Shown: positions 13,185-27,625 of the stretch, piece after piece
Numbering within the stretch: the stretch's first letter is position 1
Layout of the letters: each line of letters begins with the position of its first letter
Origin: Octopus vulgaris
Taxonomy: Eukaryota
Direction: 5' to 3'
NCBI GenBank assembly: GCA_951406725.2
Contig: OX597821.1
Span: 75,392,001 to 75,456,000, forward strand
DNA length: 64,000 nt
The notes under the pieces: model-generated
Told to the model about the DNA's origin: nothing
What the model saw: only the letters and a program-made list of their open reading frames with translations
Databases searched by the model: none
Program-made: the position numbers and the translations under genes

Positions 13185-13730
13185 TAACACGCTGGGTGAA
13201 ATGCTTAGCGGGATTTTGTCTGTCGTTACGTTCTGAGTTCAAATCCCGCCGAGGTCGACTTTGCCTTTCATCCCTATGCGGTCTATAAATTAAGTACCAG
13301 TTGCGTGCTGGGGTCGATTTAATCGACCGGCTCCCTACCCCAAAACTCCGGGCCTTGTGCCTAGAGTAGAAAAGATTATTTATCAGAAGGCTACGAGCTG
13401 GCAGAAACTTTAGCACGCAGGACGAAATGCTTAGCGGCATTTCATCTGCCGTTACATCCTGAGTTTAAAAACCGTCAAGGTCCACTATGCTTTTCATCCT
13501 TTTGAGGTCGATAAATAAAGTATCAGTTGCGTACTGAGGTCGATCGAATAGACTATCCCCCACCCCCCAAAATTTCAGGCCTTGGGCCTTTTGTACAAAG
13601 GATTAGTATTTATCAAAATAAGGCAGCAACATGGCAGAAACGTTAGTACTCCGAGTAAGATGCTTAGCGTCATTTCGTCCGTCTTTGCGTTCTGAGTTCA
13701 AATTCCGCTAGGCTCGATTTTGCCAACCGT
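13185..13730 (+). mobile_element. Three head-to-tail SINE family A units
   Basis: Units at about 13185-13380, 13385-13610 and 13619-13730, each preceded by tatttatca. Confidence 0.85.
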
Positions 13731-13744
13731 CTTTGGTTTGCTAA

Positions 13745-13900
13745 AGTCCCCGCAAATTAAAGGTTCGACAAAAGAGACCAGTTGAATAAACATCAGTTAT
13801 ACAAAAAGAAGGCATCGAGGTCGATTGCTTAGACTAATATCATTCAAGGTGGTATCCTAGCATGGCCGCAGTTTAATGATTGAAGCAGGTGAAAGCTAAA
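13745..13900 (+). mobile_element. SINE family B 3' fragment
   Basis: ggttcgacaaaagagacc...tagcatggccgcagtttaatgattgaagcagg. Confidence 0.65.
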
Positions 13901-14052
13901 GACGTTCCAACCGTGAACATCATGTCATCTCTTCAGCCATAGTATGCCTACATCCACATGATCCAATGCGTCTTTTTTTTTCTAAGACAGCGAAGTCGGG
14001 TGCGAGGAAGATTTTGGCTGCAATCACAGCGTGCAAGTGACTTTGTATAGAC
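13901..14052. repeat. Old interspersed repeat family D (other copies about 38260-38380, 41960-42145, 43045-43220, 43400-43590, 62590-62635)
   Basis: Shared motifs atcaaagg/acattccagc..tgaccatc, ctacattatccaatgtgtc and ttggctgctatttctagc. Confidence 0.6.
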
Positions 14053-14079
14053 TATGTGTATGTATGTATACTGCGCTTG

Positions 14080-14378
14080 TGAAGGCGCGTGGCTTAGTGG
14101 TTAGGGCATTCGGCTGACGATCGTAAAGTCGTGAGTTCAAATACCAACGACACGTTGAGTTCTTGAGCAAGACACTTTATTTCTCATTGCTCCAGTCCAC
14201 TCAACTGGCAAAAATGAGTTGTACCTCTATTTCAAAGGGTTGGCCTTGTCACACTCTGTGTCACACTGAATCTCCCTGAAAACTACATGTTAAGGGTACA
14301 CGTGTTTGTGGAGTGCTCAGCCACTTGCACTTTAATTACACGAGCAAGCTGTTCCGTTGATCGCATCAGCTGAGACCC
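14080..14378 (+). mobile_element. tRNA-derived SINE with CORE-like domain
   Basis: A box tggcttagtgg, B-box-like gagttcaaatacc, CORE-like cttgagcaagacactttatttc...ctccagtccactca; related head at about 55560-55675. Confidence 0.75.
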
Positions 14379-14671
14379 TAAATTCTGCGTTTACACATAA
14401 TAATAGAACATAAACCAAATCTTGGGATTGGCTCACACTTAACCTATAATCTGGAATATAGATATCTCATACTTCTTCATAAGAAAAAAATATTCATTTG
14501 TATTCGTAAAAACTGTTACTAAAATGTCTCCTATTTCTAAGTGTAAAAAGACACGAACTAGAATAAGCATACTCGTGATGTCCTGTGTGGCCTTAATTGC
14601 ACTGACAATTTAAAGCAAAGGAGAACTGTGATGCAGTTGTTACATTGCTAGATTAAGTAGGACCCAACATG

Positions 14672-14934
14672 GTTTCCTGGTTTCCTTGGCGTATAGGCTC
14701 CCAACCTGGACGGGACGCCGGTCCGTCACATGTGAGCTGCAATATGCAGGAAGAAAGAGTGAGAGAAAGTTGTGGCAAAAGAGTCAGCAGAAGTTTCGCC
14801 ACTACCTTCTTCCGGAGACGCGTGGAGGTTAGGTGTTTCGCTCATAAGCACACACATCGCCCGCTCTGAGATTCGAACCTGCGATCCCTCAACTGCAAGT
14901 CTGCTGCTCTAACCACTAGGCCGTGTGCCTCCAC
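14672..14934 (-). mobile_element. tRNA-derived SINE with V-domain-like segment and 14-bp TSD
   Basis: Minus-strand head gtggaggcacacggcctagtggttagagc...ggttcgaatc; TSD taggacccaacatg (14658-14671) / taggacccgacatg (14935-14948). Confidence 0.8.
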
Positions 14935-15527
14935 TAGGACCCGACATGACGTGTGTGATCTTCCATTAGGGAAAGAGTAACTTAAATTACTTTGAAGAAT
15001 GACCAGTTACGCTACCGAGGAGTAATTGCTCTCACCGTATTGTCTCTTATATCGTATCGTATATGGATGTTGTTACGTGGAAAGAAATTGTTCTATAAGG
15101 AATCGAACCACATCGCTTCACTAATCCTCAGCCTCTCAGTACTCGTCCTTCTAGCATTGAGTGGAACGAATTAATTATCTAATTATTCTCCACGTATATT
15201 TCAAGGAACGTATTAAAGATAATTGATTTTATATCTCATCAGGAAAGCTTGAAACTCGATATATTTTGTACATCTCAGGTGAACAATTTAGTTATATGTA
15301 CATCAAAATATAAATCTTTATGGTATGTTCGAAATGTGGCACGATTATTAAGTCAATAATATCAGATGGGTCTATTTTTTAATGAGTCTAAATCTCCCAC
15401 TGATATTACATATTGAAAATAGATTTTTCCCTAAAGATGAGATTCGTTTAAAATTATTAAGTTATTTAATATTAATGGTTAAATATCCACCCGCATACAC
15501 CAATGTAAGCACGCAAATATATGCTCG

Positions 15528-15618
15528 TATGTATATATATATATATGTATGTATGTATGCATGCATGAAAGTGTGCATACACACACACACACACACATAT
15601 ATGTATATATATATATAT

Positions 15619-15674
<56 letters not shown>

Positions 15675-15774
15675 GGATATATATATATATATACATATGG
15701 ATATATATATATATATATATATATGGATATATATATATTTATATATATATATATATACATATATATATACATAT

Positions 15775-15811
<37 letters not shown>

Positions 15812-15930
15812 TATATACATACATATATATACATATACATACACCCACACACACACATATATATATATACACATACATACACACACAAATTACAGATGGA
15901 TAGGTAGATAAATAGAAAGATAGATAGATA
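15528..15930. repeat. (TA)n/(CA)n compound microsatellite; similar blocks at 16663-16955, 18625-18885, 27280-27625, 46700-47545, 47950-48345, 58320-58410, 58740-59400, 63675-63935
   Basis: Directly visible; source of the YIYI/CVCV pseudo-ORFs. Confidence 0.95.
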
Positions 15931-16671
15931 GTAAGAAGCAAGCTACGTATAAAGACGCATATATTTCAGCCGAAGTAAAACGTCTCAGTATTTTACGAAA
16001 TTTAAAATATTCCATAACTTTTAAAGTTTGTGAGATTTTCATTTCATTTTATGAAGAAAAGTTTCAGTTTATGAAGAAAAATAATTCTCGTCTAATTCAT
16101 GACTTGCAAACATGGAGATTTCAAGTGAGGCGAGGTGGGCCAAAGTGGAACTAATATCATTGAAAGTATGTTCTTGTCGTTGTTTAATCATAGGTTAATC
16201 TGGAATGAGCACACAGCATTCCATTGCAGTTTCATATCTCGAGCTTTCATGTCACATGTGCCGCAAATGATGTCTATGCGATCAAAGTGCGTGCATCACT
16301 TGTTAGTGAGTCAGGATCCAACTTAATCAAACGCACGGCACTGGTCTATCCTTATCTTTCATCCCAAAGTCTGGTAGTGAGGGGAAAAGAATGATGGAAA
16401 CAAGTTTTTGTGAAACCGAAGCTGGGGGCTCCTAGTCCTTACCTATACGTTGCAGGAGATATATAATAGATGATGGTGGTGTTTCTGAAACACGTAACTA
16501 TTCAGGAATCCAACGCTATCAACGAAATATCTGCTACCTCCATATAAAGCCTCTACAGACCATCACATATGACCCACACCTCTTAAACAACTGCTTCACG
16601 TACAGTGTGACCGACATAAATGAAGAAATATAAAGAAATACACAGAAGCCTCGACGTCTTTGATATCTATC

Positions 16672-16729
<58 letters not shown>

Positions 16730-16807
16730 CATATATATATATATGCATACATACATACATACATACATACGTACATACATATATACATACATACATACAT
16801 ATATACA

Positions 16808-16955
<148 letters not shown>

Positions 16956-17337
16956 AATGTATGCATAATTCGAAACGATTTGTCTGAGAAAATAAAATAG
17001 AAGCATAAACCATTTTAACATTCATTCTGCTTCATTTCATTTATTTGCTGGAATTTATTGAAGTCTGATATTAATTATTTCTTTGCACACACACACACAC
17101 ACATATGAGAGGTGTTGGTATCCAGAAGACCCAAGGTGGCAGGTAACGATATGCAAGTGCTGTAAGTGGAATGTAGTTAGACGCTCGGTTCGATAATAAT
17201 ACGAGTGAGGAGTTGAATGCAGGTTTGTGCGAGCATGTATCTCTTAAATAGACAACAAAGCGAAGGCTGTGCGGAATTTTTAGGACATTTATAAAGAGGT
17301 GTACATCTACATATATATATATATATATATATATATA

Positions 17338-17373
17338 CGTCCTCGCGTTGTTCTTTTTTGCTTGTTTTCAACG
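17338..17373 (+). mobile_element. Tail fragment of PLE hammerhead family 2 within (TA)n
   Basis: acgtcctcgcgttg is the reverse complement of caacgcgaggacgt at about 27948-27961. Confidence 0.5.
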
Positions 17374-17374
17374 T

Positions 17375-17426
<52 letters not shown>

Positions 17427-18330
17427 ATATATAACAGAACAAATAGTGATGGATTATCAGTCCAGGGAAATACTTCATAAGCTCTCTATTGGCTCACCAC
17501 GCTAACAATATTACTGAGATTAGTGAAGGACTCCGGGTAATATTCAGGTAATATTCTGGTAGCGTCCTAGATTATGGCTCATCACAATTCTATATTGTGA
17601 ATGCAGATGGGTTCCTTGGATGGGCTCCAGATTCACAGAGTGATATATTAGAAGCAATTTTAAAATAATGGTCATTTACATATTTTTAACTTGTATATAT
17701 ATACATACACGAGGGAACGAGTGATGTTCTGGTTTCTAGAAACTCGAAAAATATGCGTAAAGTTGTCTAAAACTTGCACAAACGAATGTAAATTGCGCAT
17801 GTATGTTAAAATATATGAACATACCCATGTAAATATTTCATTGCAACTTTCTTGGACAAGACCTACATCTCACTATATTTTTGGTTATTAGATATCACTT
17901 GATAAAATGGCGGGAAAATCATCGGAATCGCCATGATAAAGTAATGGCTTCCTTGTGGCGTCCTTTCTTAATGAACGCTGTTGGTGGTCAGAATGGTGTT
18001 CCCCGGGAATATATTAGCGAGAATAACCTTCGACATAGTGTATTTTTAGGAACATGGCAGGCAACACAGAATCATCGCAATTTTCTAGAGATTTAAAAAA
18101 AAGAGATTGTAAGTCTCTGCTTAATGTGAGTTCAGAAAGTTCATGCAGGAACCAGGAAAAAATCTTGTTGTCATCATCGCTTCCAGAAACGAAAGTAAAA
18201 CGTGACTGCTGTCATTAATTGGAACTTTATATATTTTTCACATTCCGAATAGAAAGTGTAATATGGAGTGATAATGGACAATATACAAAAGAAAGCTGGA
18301 TAAAAACCTTCATAATAATTTTTTAGCTAG

Positions 18331-18403
<73 letters not shown>

Positions 18404-18947
18404 CAATTACACGTGCTCTCATACACATATGTACACACGCGCACACACTTATGTATGTGTATGGTAGGGGTGTTTTTACAGGTATTGATTTTTTTTCCTT
18501 TACTTTTTATTTAGCCTTTAAAAATATATGGAAAATAACAATTAGAAATACTCTTAGTAACGACGATGCTAATGGAATTATGTATAACAGCGTATAACAC
18601 ACGCAGTGTGCCATTCAAGATATGATTGTGTGTATATGTTTGTATATGTATATATATGTATTTGGAAATGTATATATATATATATGTATATATATATGTG
18701 TGTATATATATATATATATGTATATATATGTATATATATGTATATATATATACATGTGTATATATATATGTATATATTTATATATATATACTTGTATATT
18801 TATATATATGTATATATATATGTATATATATGTACATATATATATATTCACACACACATATATTCACATATATATATATACATGCGTACACACTCATAGT
18901 ATGGTTATTTAGAAATATATATTCTTGATATCTTATATATATATATG

Positions 18948-19337
18948 CTCTTTTACTCTTTTACTTGTTTCAGTCATTTTCACTGCGGTCATGCTGGAGC
19001 ACCGCTTTTAGTTAAGCAAATCAACCCCGGGACTTATTCTTTGTAACCCTAGGCATCTTTTTCCGAACCGCTAAGTTTCGGGGACGTAAACACACCAACA
19101 CCAGTTGTCAAGTGATGATAGAAGGACAAAACACAGACACACAAATATATACATATATATATATACACATATATATACATCGGGCTTCTTTCAGTTTCTG
19201 TCTACCAAATCCATTCACAAGGCTTTTGGTCGACCCGAGGGTATAGTAGAGGACACTTGACTAAGGTGCCACGCAGTGGGACTGAACCCGGAACAATGTA
19301 GTTGGTAAGCAAGATATTGCCACAAAACTACTCCTGT
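18948..19337 (-). mobile_element. SINE family B, near full length
   Basis: Tail ctcttttactcttttacttgtttcagtc to tRNA-like head with B box (gggactgaacccgg on the + strand). Confidence 0.88.
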
Positions 19338-19371
19338 GTATTATAGACATACATATATGCAAACATACATG

Positions 19372-19404
<33 letters not shown>

Positions 19405-19509
19405 AAGGGTATGAGAAGTACTGGTGTCAAGAAGCCCCAAAGGTGTCAGGTAATGCTGAGTAAGTGCTATGGACAGACTATAATTAAGCTCCAGGTTCGA
19501 TAATGATAC

Positions 19510-19603
19510 GAATAAACACTCACAACGCCCGGCCTGGGAATCGAAACCGCGATCCGACGACCGTGAGTCCACTGCATTAACCACTGGACCATTGCACCTC
19601 CAC
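19510..19603 (-). mobile_element. tRNA-like SINE head related to 14672-14934
   Basis: gggaatcgaaaccgcgatcc...aaccactggaccattgcacctccac. Confidence 0.7.
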
Positions 19604-20641
19604 ATACACACACACACGCACACACATATTCATTAAAAATTTCATTGAGTACTTTAGTTTACATTTGCTCAACAGTTGTACAAATTAAGATTTAGCCAGG
19701 TATATTGTATATTTATGCATACATACAAGAATACATCCATCAATGCATAAATACATACATGCATACATACATATGTATGTGTGAGTATATATACATGTAT
19801 ACATATAGGAGTGTATGTGTGTGTGTGTGTGGACATGTATCTATAAATATATGACACACATTTATAAAAACTTGTGTGTTCATATAAACACACATACACA
19901 CATACATACACACACGCATATACATATTTATGTGTACGTGTATGAAGTCATTTGGTTTATATCATTAACTCTGTTATCGGAATAAAACAATTTCGTTGTG
20001 GTGTTAGGACAATTTTACAAACAATGTCTTATCTGAATGTGATAGATAGTCTTCCGGTTACAAGAAATTACTATCAGATAGATGCAGTTATTAAACGGAA
20101 GGAAACGTCTTTTGTTTGATAGACTCTCTTATCCTACGGTTGACTGCTCTAATTTCCGTTTCAAGAAATTAAATTGTTTCTGAGGAGGTTAATGTGAAGA
20201 TGAAGACTAACTAAAGGAGTGAAATTTAACCCACAGGTAATATATTATAGTTTCTTACCATTTCATCCCGTTCTTAGTAAAACCTACTGGCAATTAGGTA
20301 AAACATCTCTGCCTGCATGGAGGTCAATGATTGTGAAATATGCATAAAGCCGGTTCACACGAAAGCGAAAAATGTTAATATATATTTCGCATCACAGCAA
20401 AACTTTATTGAGACCATAAACATCAACACATTACTCAAATATGATGTTATTTAATATTAAATGAGGCTGAAACTGTATTACTTGAAACAAAATTCTGCAG
20501 AAACACATTTTGACATTAATGTAAACATGAAAAACAGTTTTACATATTACAGATGCACGATGCAGTTGTGAGTTCAAGAATGCAAATTTCAAAATTTCCA
20601 TCACTAAAGTGTTGGGGACTTTAGTCTGATTTCAATGTATT

Positions 20642-20824
20642 TTCCTTTACTTGTTTCAGTTATTTGACTGCGGCTACGCTGGAGCACCACTTTTAGGCGA
20701 ACAAATCGACCCCAGGATTTATTCTTTGTAAGCCTAGTACTTATTCTATCGGTCTCGTTGCCGAACCGCTAAGCTACGGGGACGTTAACACACCAGCATC
20801 GGTTGACAAGTGATGTTGGGTGGA

Positions 20825-20865
<41 letters not shown>

Positions 20866-21030
20866 GACGGATTTCGTTTACTTTTCGTCTACCAAATCCA
20901 CTCACAAGGCTTCGGTTGGTCATCGTCTATAGTAGAAGACACTTGCCCTAGGTGCCATGCAGTGGGACTGAACCCGGAATCTGTGGTTGAGAAGCAAGCT
21001 ACTTACCACACAGTCACTCCTGCACCTATA
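20642..21030 (-). mobile_element. SINE family B, near full length
   Basis: Colinear with 18948-19337. Confidence 0.88.
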
Positions 21031-21166
21031 TTGAATATAGTGACGAGCGGCAATGAAACCTTATCTCTACTCACTGTCCGTCTCTTGCTCTCTCTCTCTA
21101 CCTCTTTGTCTGTTTCCGTCTGTCTGCGCGCGCTCGTGTGTGTATGTACCTTTCTGTCTGTCTTTA

Positions 21167-21209
<43 letters not shown>

Positions 21210-22116
21210 CTCTCTCTCGTTCTCTCCATCTCTACATTACTACGTATCAAATCCTCCGTCGTTTCGAATCAGTTTCAATAGCTACAGTATTTCTGATAAA
21301 TATTTTCTTCTGACGTCATCTCCCAGTAGTCGTCTCGATGGCTATTTTAGGCGGGTGCGCATCTTCTTCACCCAAGTCTCCATTTGCTTATATAAGTTAA
21401 TCAATCATTACATTATATATTTTAATCAATTTGACTAAAAAAGAGAAAAAAACTGCAATAAATGAATAAATAAATAAATAAAATCATGATTGCGATAAAC
21501 TAATTATCTAATTAAAGATTTTTTTTTTTTTAAATTCGTATTGATGAAAATTCATTTTGTTCGCGGTTTTCTGATATTTTTGAAAGGGAAATCTGAAAAC
21601 CGCTATGAAGCTTAGAAGCTCTCTTTATCCACAGAGAAGAAAAAATAGTTTTCCAATATCTTAAGATGTTCTCTCACCAAACAGAAGCCGGAATCTCTTT
21701 AAACCGCATCAATACAACATGGCTTCCAATACTGTAATCACGCTTTTATGATGGTGTTTTCCACTATCCAGTTAAACTGATATGATTAAATGGAGCATTA
21801 AACACATGTTGTTAATAGAAGCGCCTTGATACTAGTGTGAATACTTGACTGGTTATTAGCCCTGAAAGTTGGAGGAGATGTGAAGAAGTGGTTGAAAGCT
21901 TGAGAGCATTCGAGAGCAAAGAGAGGTGAAAGGAAACCAGAGAGCAAAAGGGAAGAAAGGCAAACACGAAGGTGAAGATTAAACACAATTATAAAATAAA
22001 GAAAAAAAATAGAAAAAAGAAAAGAAACTTTTATGGAAATGAACAAAGATAGTGATAATTGGGGGTGAATAGGAGGTGAATGTTGTTAAAGGGAAATAAA
22101 AGCGAGAATAAGAGCC

Positions 22117-22167
<51 letters not shown>

Positions 22168-22404
22168 CGCGCGTGTGTGTGCATGTGTGTGGAACTTTAA
22201 TATCAAGAAACAAATTTTAGAAATCTGCTTCTTTACCTCATTTTCTGTCATCAGGAAGAACGGTGCAAGACTAAGGAGTTTCTGTTTCGTTTCCTATAAG
22301 CGACGCCTTGTTCTGTCCGTTTGTCACGAAGATTTTCTACCGTTAATTTTCCAGACAGCCTACCATCTCTCTGTAGAAAAGACAAGCTGACATATGTCGA
22401 CCAA

Positions 22405-22625
22405 AATGGTTAGTGGTATTTCGTCCGTCTAAGGAGGTTGCGAGCTGGCAAAAACGTTAGCGCGCCGGGCGAAATACTTAGCGGTATTTCGTCTGCCGTT
22501 ACGTTCTGAGTTCAAATACTGCTGAGGTCGACTTTACTTTTCAGCTGTCCCGGGGCAGGTATAGTGAATGCCAGCTGAGCACCGGGGTCGATCGAATCGG
22601 TTTTTGTGCCAAAATTTGAAGCCAA
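22405..22625 (+). mobile_element. SINE family A, diverged
   Basis: gcgagctggcaaaaacgttagcgcgccgggcgaaat...gagttcaaatact. Confidence 0.8.
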
Positions 22626-22875
22626 TAACTTTTGCCTCTTTATATCACTGTGAAATGTAAACAATACCGAGAAGTGGGTGCTCTTTGAACGAATTTCTCT
22701 TAGTTACAGACGTTCCATTTCATATTTTCCGAGGTGGACAAAATAAAATACCAGCCTTCGGCAAGTATTTTATTTTATCCATCTACTGAAACCAGTAAAG
22801 CGACGGACGGAATATTTTGCAATTTATTTTTAATTTTTATCTTCTTCTTAATATTATTGGTACTGCATCAGGTGA

Positions 22876-22952
<77 letters not shown>

Positions 22953-23386
22953 TATTATTACTGCTTTCTACGATGAAACATGTGTGACTTAATATTGTGA
23001 GAGACTTAATCTCTGACTCAGCTTAACACTTCCGTAGAGATGACAATCCTGTGCATATGTCTCTGCCGTCACAGTTTATATTTGTGCACCTTACTGGACA
23101 CTGACAACGGAGGTAAGTGTTTGGTTGTGCGAAGGTTGTTATAAAGGGTTTATGGGAAGTTTTATGACCCATTTTAAACGCCACTTTCGAAGGAACATCT
23201 TCACGGCTATAGAACTTCACCCCTTTCATAATATTAGGCAGATTCCGAATGAAATCGTTTCAGTTCGACGTATTTAATCCGATTTTCCTTAAAGATATTA
23301 CAGTCTGCCTTAATGGAAGAATGCCTTCAATCATTCCGATATATTGCCATTTTCTCAATTCCTCACTTTTATCCTTATCTAAATAT

Positions 23387-23496
<110 letters not shown>

Positions 23497-23689
23497 ATTA
23501 TTATTATTATTATTTACAGTCAGTCACCGTGACTATAACTGTTCATGGACTTGATACGCTATCTCCATACTGGACGGTTTTTCGCATGATTCGGCCATTT
23601 ATGATGATGAATTCCTTCCCACCTCGTATTCCTTTTTGCAGTACATATTCATCTATATATCCATCTATCTATCCATGTTTTTCTATCTG

Positions 23690-23789
<100 letters not shown>

Positions 23790-23865
23790 GTTGTCTGTCT
23801 GTCCGTCTGTCTGTCTGTCTGTTTATCTATCTATTTGTCTCTCTCTCTTCCTCTCTCTCTCTCTC

Positions 23866-23909
<44 letters not shown>

Positions 23910-24040
23910 CAGGTTACTATACACTGGTGTACTAAAGAGACACGTACACCCATTTTATACGTACATGTACATCCACTCACAGACTTACATATATGCGCAT
24001 CTTACAAATCCTTGCAATTACCGTGACTTTCATAAAAGAC

Positions 24041-24275
24041 AAAAAGTTATCCCTCTTTCTTAGAGACAAGCTTCATTAATACGAGGAACTCAAATCTCTC
24101 TCACACACACACACTTATGCATATATACGTACTATACGTTTACATATATATACACACACGTATACATTTACGTGTAGCTATCTATAATTCACATGCAAAT
24201 ATCTATTACTCTGCGTATATCCAATACCAATTTAATACATACACACATATATACATACATTATACATATATGTGT

Positions 24276-24318
<43 letters not shown>

Positions 24319-24462
24319 TACACACACACACACATATATATATATAAATTGGTATTGGATATACGCATAGTAATAGATATTTCCATGTGAATTATAGATA
24401 ACTACACGTAAATGTATACGTGTGTATATATATATGTAAATGTATAGTACGTACATATGCAT

Positions 24463-24509
<47 letters not shown>

Positions 24510-24564
24510 ATTTGAGTTCCTCGTATTAATGAAGCTTGTCTCTAAGAAAGAGGGATAACTTTTT
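24041..24564. repeat. Long inverted repeat (arms 24041-24234 and 24345-24564) abutting the LINE 5' end
   Basis: Arms are reverse complements with about 6 substitutions and a differing (CA)n length; spacer is (TA)/(CA) microsatellite. Confidence 0.95.
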
Positions 24565-26833
24565 AATTCCCGACATATAAAAACCAAACCAGCCAATCCC
24601 ACTCCATGGCACTCATTTGACAACAATTCCACCCATAGTGAGACCGCATGGCAGCACTTTGAAAACATTGTCACCTATACATGCTCTAAACACGCTCCCA
24701 CGAAATCTACTAACACAAACAGAAATTGGCTCCTTAAAAAGAAAAAAAACACTCATCAGGCGCATCAAAAGACTCAACAAAAAAATCAACCAATTAAAAT
24801 ATTCCCACTTACAACATCCACATTCAACAACAATGAAAAGGCTAGAGCTGGAAAAACTTCATCTGCAGAACGACATGAAAACATCCATTGAAAATCAAAG
24901 AGCTGTGGAGGAACAGTGGGTAATCAAAAACATCAAACAGAACCCAAAAGTGTTCTATCCTTATGCAAATAAGCATAGAACCACTGTCTCACCCATTGGG
25001 CCATTGATTGATGATAACGGCATTCCCCAACACGATGCTAAAGAAATGGCAGAAATACTGCAGAAACAATACTGCTCTGTCTTTAGTGTTCCCACTGATA
25101 TTGACGTAAGGGAAACGAACGAAGTTCACTCTCAACATAAGATCTCAGACATAACCTTCACTGCCACTGACATCATAGCAGCAATAAATGAGGTCAAATA
25201 CTACTCTGCTGTAGGCCCTGATAGATTCCGCGCTAGTCTCCTGAAGGAATGTAGACACCAACTTGCAGTCCCTCTGACCAACCTCTGGAGAAATTCGTTA
25301 GACGCAGGTTATATACCGAAACAGTTTCTATCCCAGTCAGTCATCCCGGTTTTCAAACAGGGAAACAGATCCCTCGCACTCAACTATCGCCTAATCTCAC
25401 TCACCTCCCACATCATCAAAGTGTTTGAAAGAGTGTTAAGATCAAGGATAGCTGACTTCCTGGAGACCCGCAAACTCCTAAATGCAAATCAGCATGGCTT
25501 TCGCTGTGGCAGGGACTGTCTAACACATCACATTGAAGATGTACTCAAAGCCTTGGGAACAGATTCGAACTCTGATGTCATATACCTTGACTTCAGTAAA
25601 GCGTTCGACAGGGTAGACTATAATATCCTACTCTCAAAATTGTCAAATGTTGGAATCCGTGGAAAAGTTCTACACTGGATCAAGTATTTCCTGGCGAATA
25701 GAACACAACATGTTGTAGCTGATGGAGTCCACTCAAGCCCAGCAAAAGTCACCAGCGGTGTCCCCCAGGGGACTGTCTTGGGTTCGCTGCTCTTCATAAT
25801 CTACATAAACGACCTTTCCAGTGTCGTACATTACTGCAAAGTGAAAATATTTGCTGATGACACTAAGCTCCAGTAAATCGTCAATGAAGAAGCAGACCGA
25901 ACTCAACTCCAGTCTGATCTATATGCTGTGAGTCAATGGGGAGACAGAAACAAAATGCAACTGAACGAGGGAAAATTTGAGCTGATGCATTTTGGAAGAA
26001 ATTCCTCACTAAAACAGCCATACTCTCTTCCTTCAGGGGAACCGCTCACAGCCTCTAACAATATCAGAGACCTGGGTATAATTGTTGATGACGATCTCAG
26101 TTGGAGTGCACACATCAACAAGAAGGACTATATAGCTCGTAGGATGAGTTCCTGGATCTTAAGAACTTTCCGGTCCAGAGAATAAGGTGTCATCATACCA
26201 CTTTTCTCCTCCTTTGTACGGCCACACCTCGAATACTGCTGCCCACTGTGGTCTCCCCATACAAGACAAAACATCTCGAGGATTGAATCATTCCAGAGAG
26301 CACTCACTAAACGAATTGAAGGCATGGCTGCTCTCGGTTATTGGGATCGCCTTAAAGCCTTGAAACTCTACTCTCTCCAGCGTCGCCGTGAGCGGTACAT
26401 CATTTGTACGATGTGGAGAATATACCGCCAACTTTGCCCAAACGACCTGAACATTAGCTTCAAGATTCATCCAAGACTGGGACCACGAGCCATACGTCCC
26501 CTGCCCAATTCAAGATCACAGCATACATGTACACAACAACATAATTTCTTTTCCTCAACAGGCCCTGCCCTATTTAACATTGTCCCGAAAGAAATCAAAG
26601 AGGAACAGGATCCCATCAACTTTAAATGGAGTCTGGATAGATTCCTTCAAGAAATACCAGATAAGCCACCCATAATTGGATACAACTCACCCAACAAAAA
26701 CTTACTACTTGAATGGACCATAAACAAATCTTGACTTAAACAGGATTCAAATAATCCTATCAGGTGGTGCTATTAATTTAGACATGGCCTGGACCAATCA
26801 TTGGTCGAAACATATCTAAGTTTATCTAAGTTT
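24565..26833 (+). mobile_element. 5'-truncated CR1/L2-group non-LTR retrotransposon
   Basis: RT ORF remnant, 3' UTR hairpin gaccaa-tca-ttggtc, tandem tail (atctaagttt)x2 at 26814-26833. Confidence 0.92.
24617..26734 (+). pseudogene. LINE ORF2 reverse transcriptase, disrupted by in-frame stops at 25874 and 26183; no endonuclease domain seen
   Basis: Motifs NYRLISLTSHIIKVFE, QHGFR, YLDFSKAFDRV, SGVPQGTVLG, YINDL, FADD, RPHLEYC, LYSLQRRRER. Confidence 0.95.
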
Positions 26834-26857
26834 TTATAATAAGATATATATATATAT

Positions 26858-27275
26858 ATCTTTTATCTGTTTCAGTTAATCACATTGCGGCCTTGTTTGG
26901 GCACCGCTTCGGGGGGTTTTAGTCGAATGAATCGAACCGAGTACTTTTTAAATGCCTAGTACTTATTCTTTGTTTGTCTTTGGCTGAACCGCTAAGTTAC
27001 TGAGACGTAAACACACCAACACCGGTTGTAAAGTGATGGTGGAGGAGACATGCACGCACGCATACACACACAGACACACTCACACACATACACACACACA
27101 CACACAAACATATATACAACGGGGGTTTCAGTTTCCATTTATCATATTCACTCAGAAGTCTTTTGCAGGGCTGAGGCTATAGCAAAAGACACTTGTCCAA
27201 GATGCTGCTCAGTGGGACTCAACCTGGGGCCATGTGGATGGAAAGCAAGCTTCTTACTACACAGCCACGCCTACG
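26858..27275 (-). mobile_element. SINE family B
   Basis: Colinear with 20642-21030. Confidence 0.85.
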
Positions 27276-27352
27276 CAATCATATATATACATACACATAT
27301 ATATATATGTATACACGCATATATATACATATATACATATATGCATACATAA

Positions 27353-27383
<31 letters not shown>

Positions 27384-27488
27384 AATATACATATATATAT
27401 ATATACACATACATATATACATATATACATATATACATATATATACATGTATACATATATACATATATACATACATAAATATATATAT

Positions 27489-27543
<55 letters not shown>

Positions 27544-27594
27544 CATATATACATATATACATACATAAATATATATATATATATATACACACAC

Positions 27595-27623
<29 letters not shown>

Positions 27624-27625
<2 letters not shown>

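Noticed and set aside
23039-23117. Plus-strand mini-exon with strong donor GAG|GTAAGT
   Set aside because: Weak acceptor, unrecognisable peptide, no partner exons; such donors are expected by chance in 64 kb.
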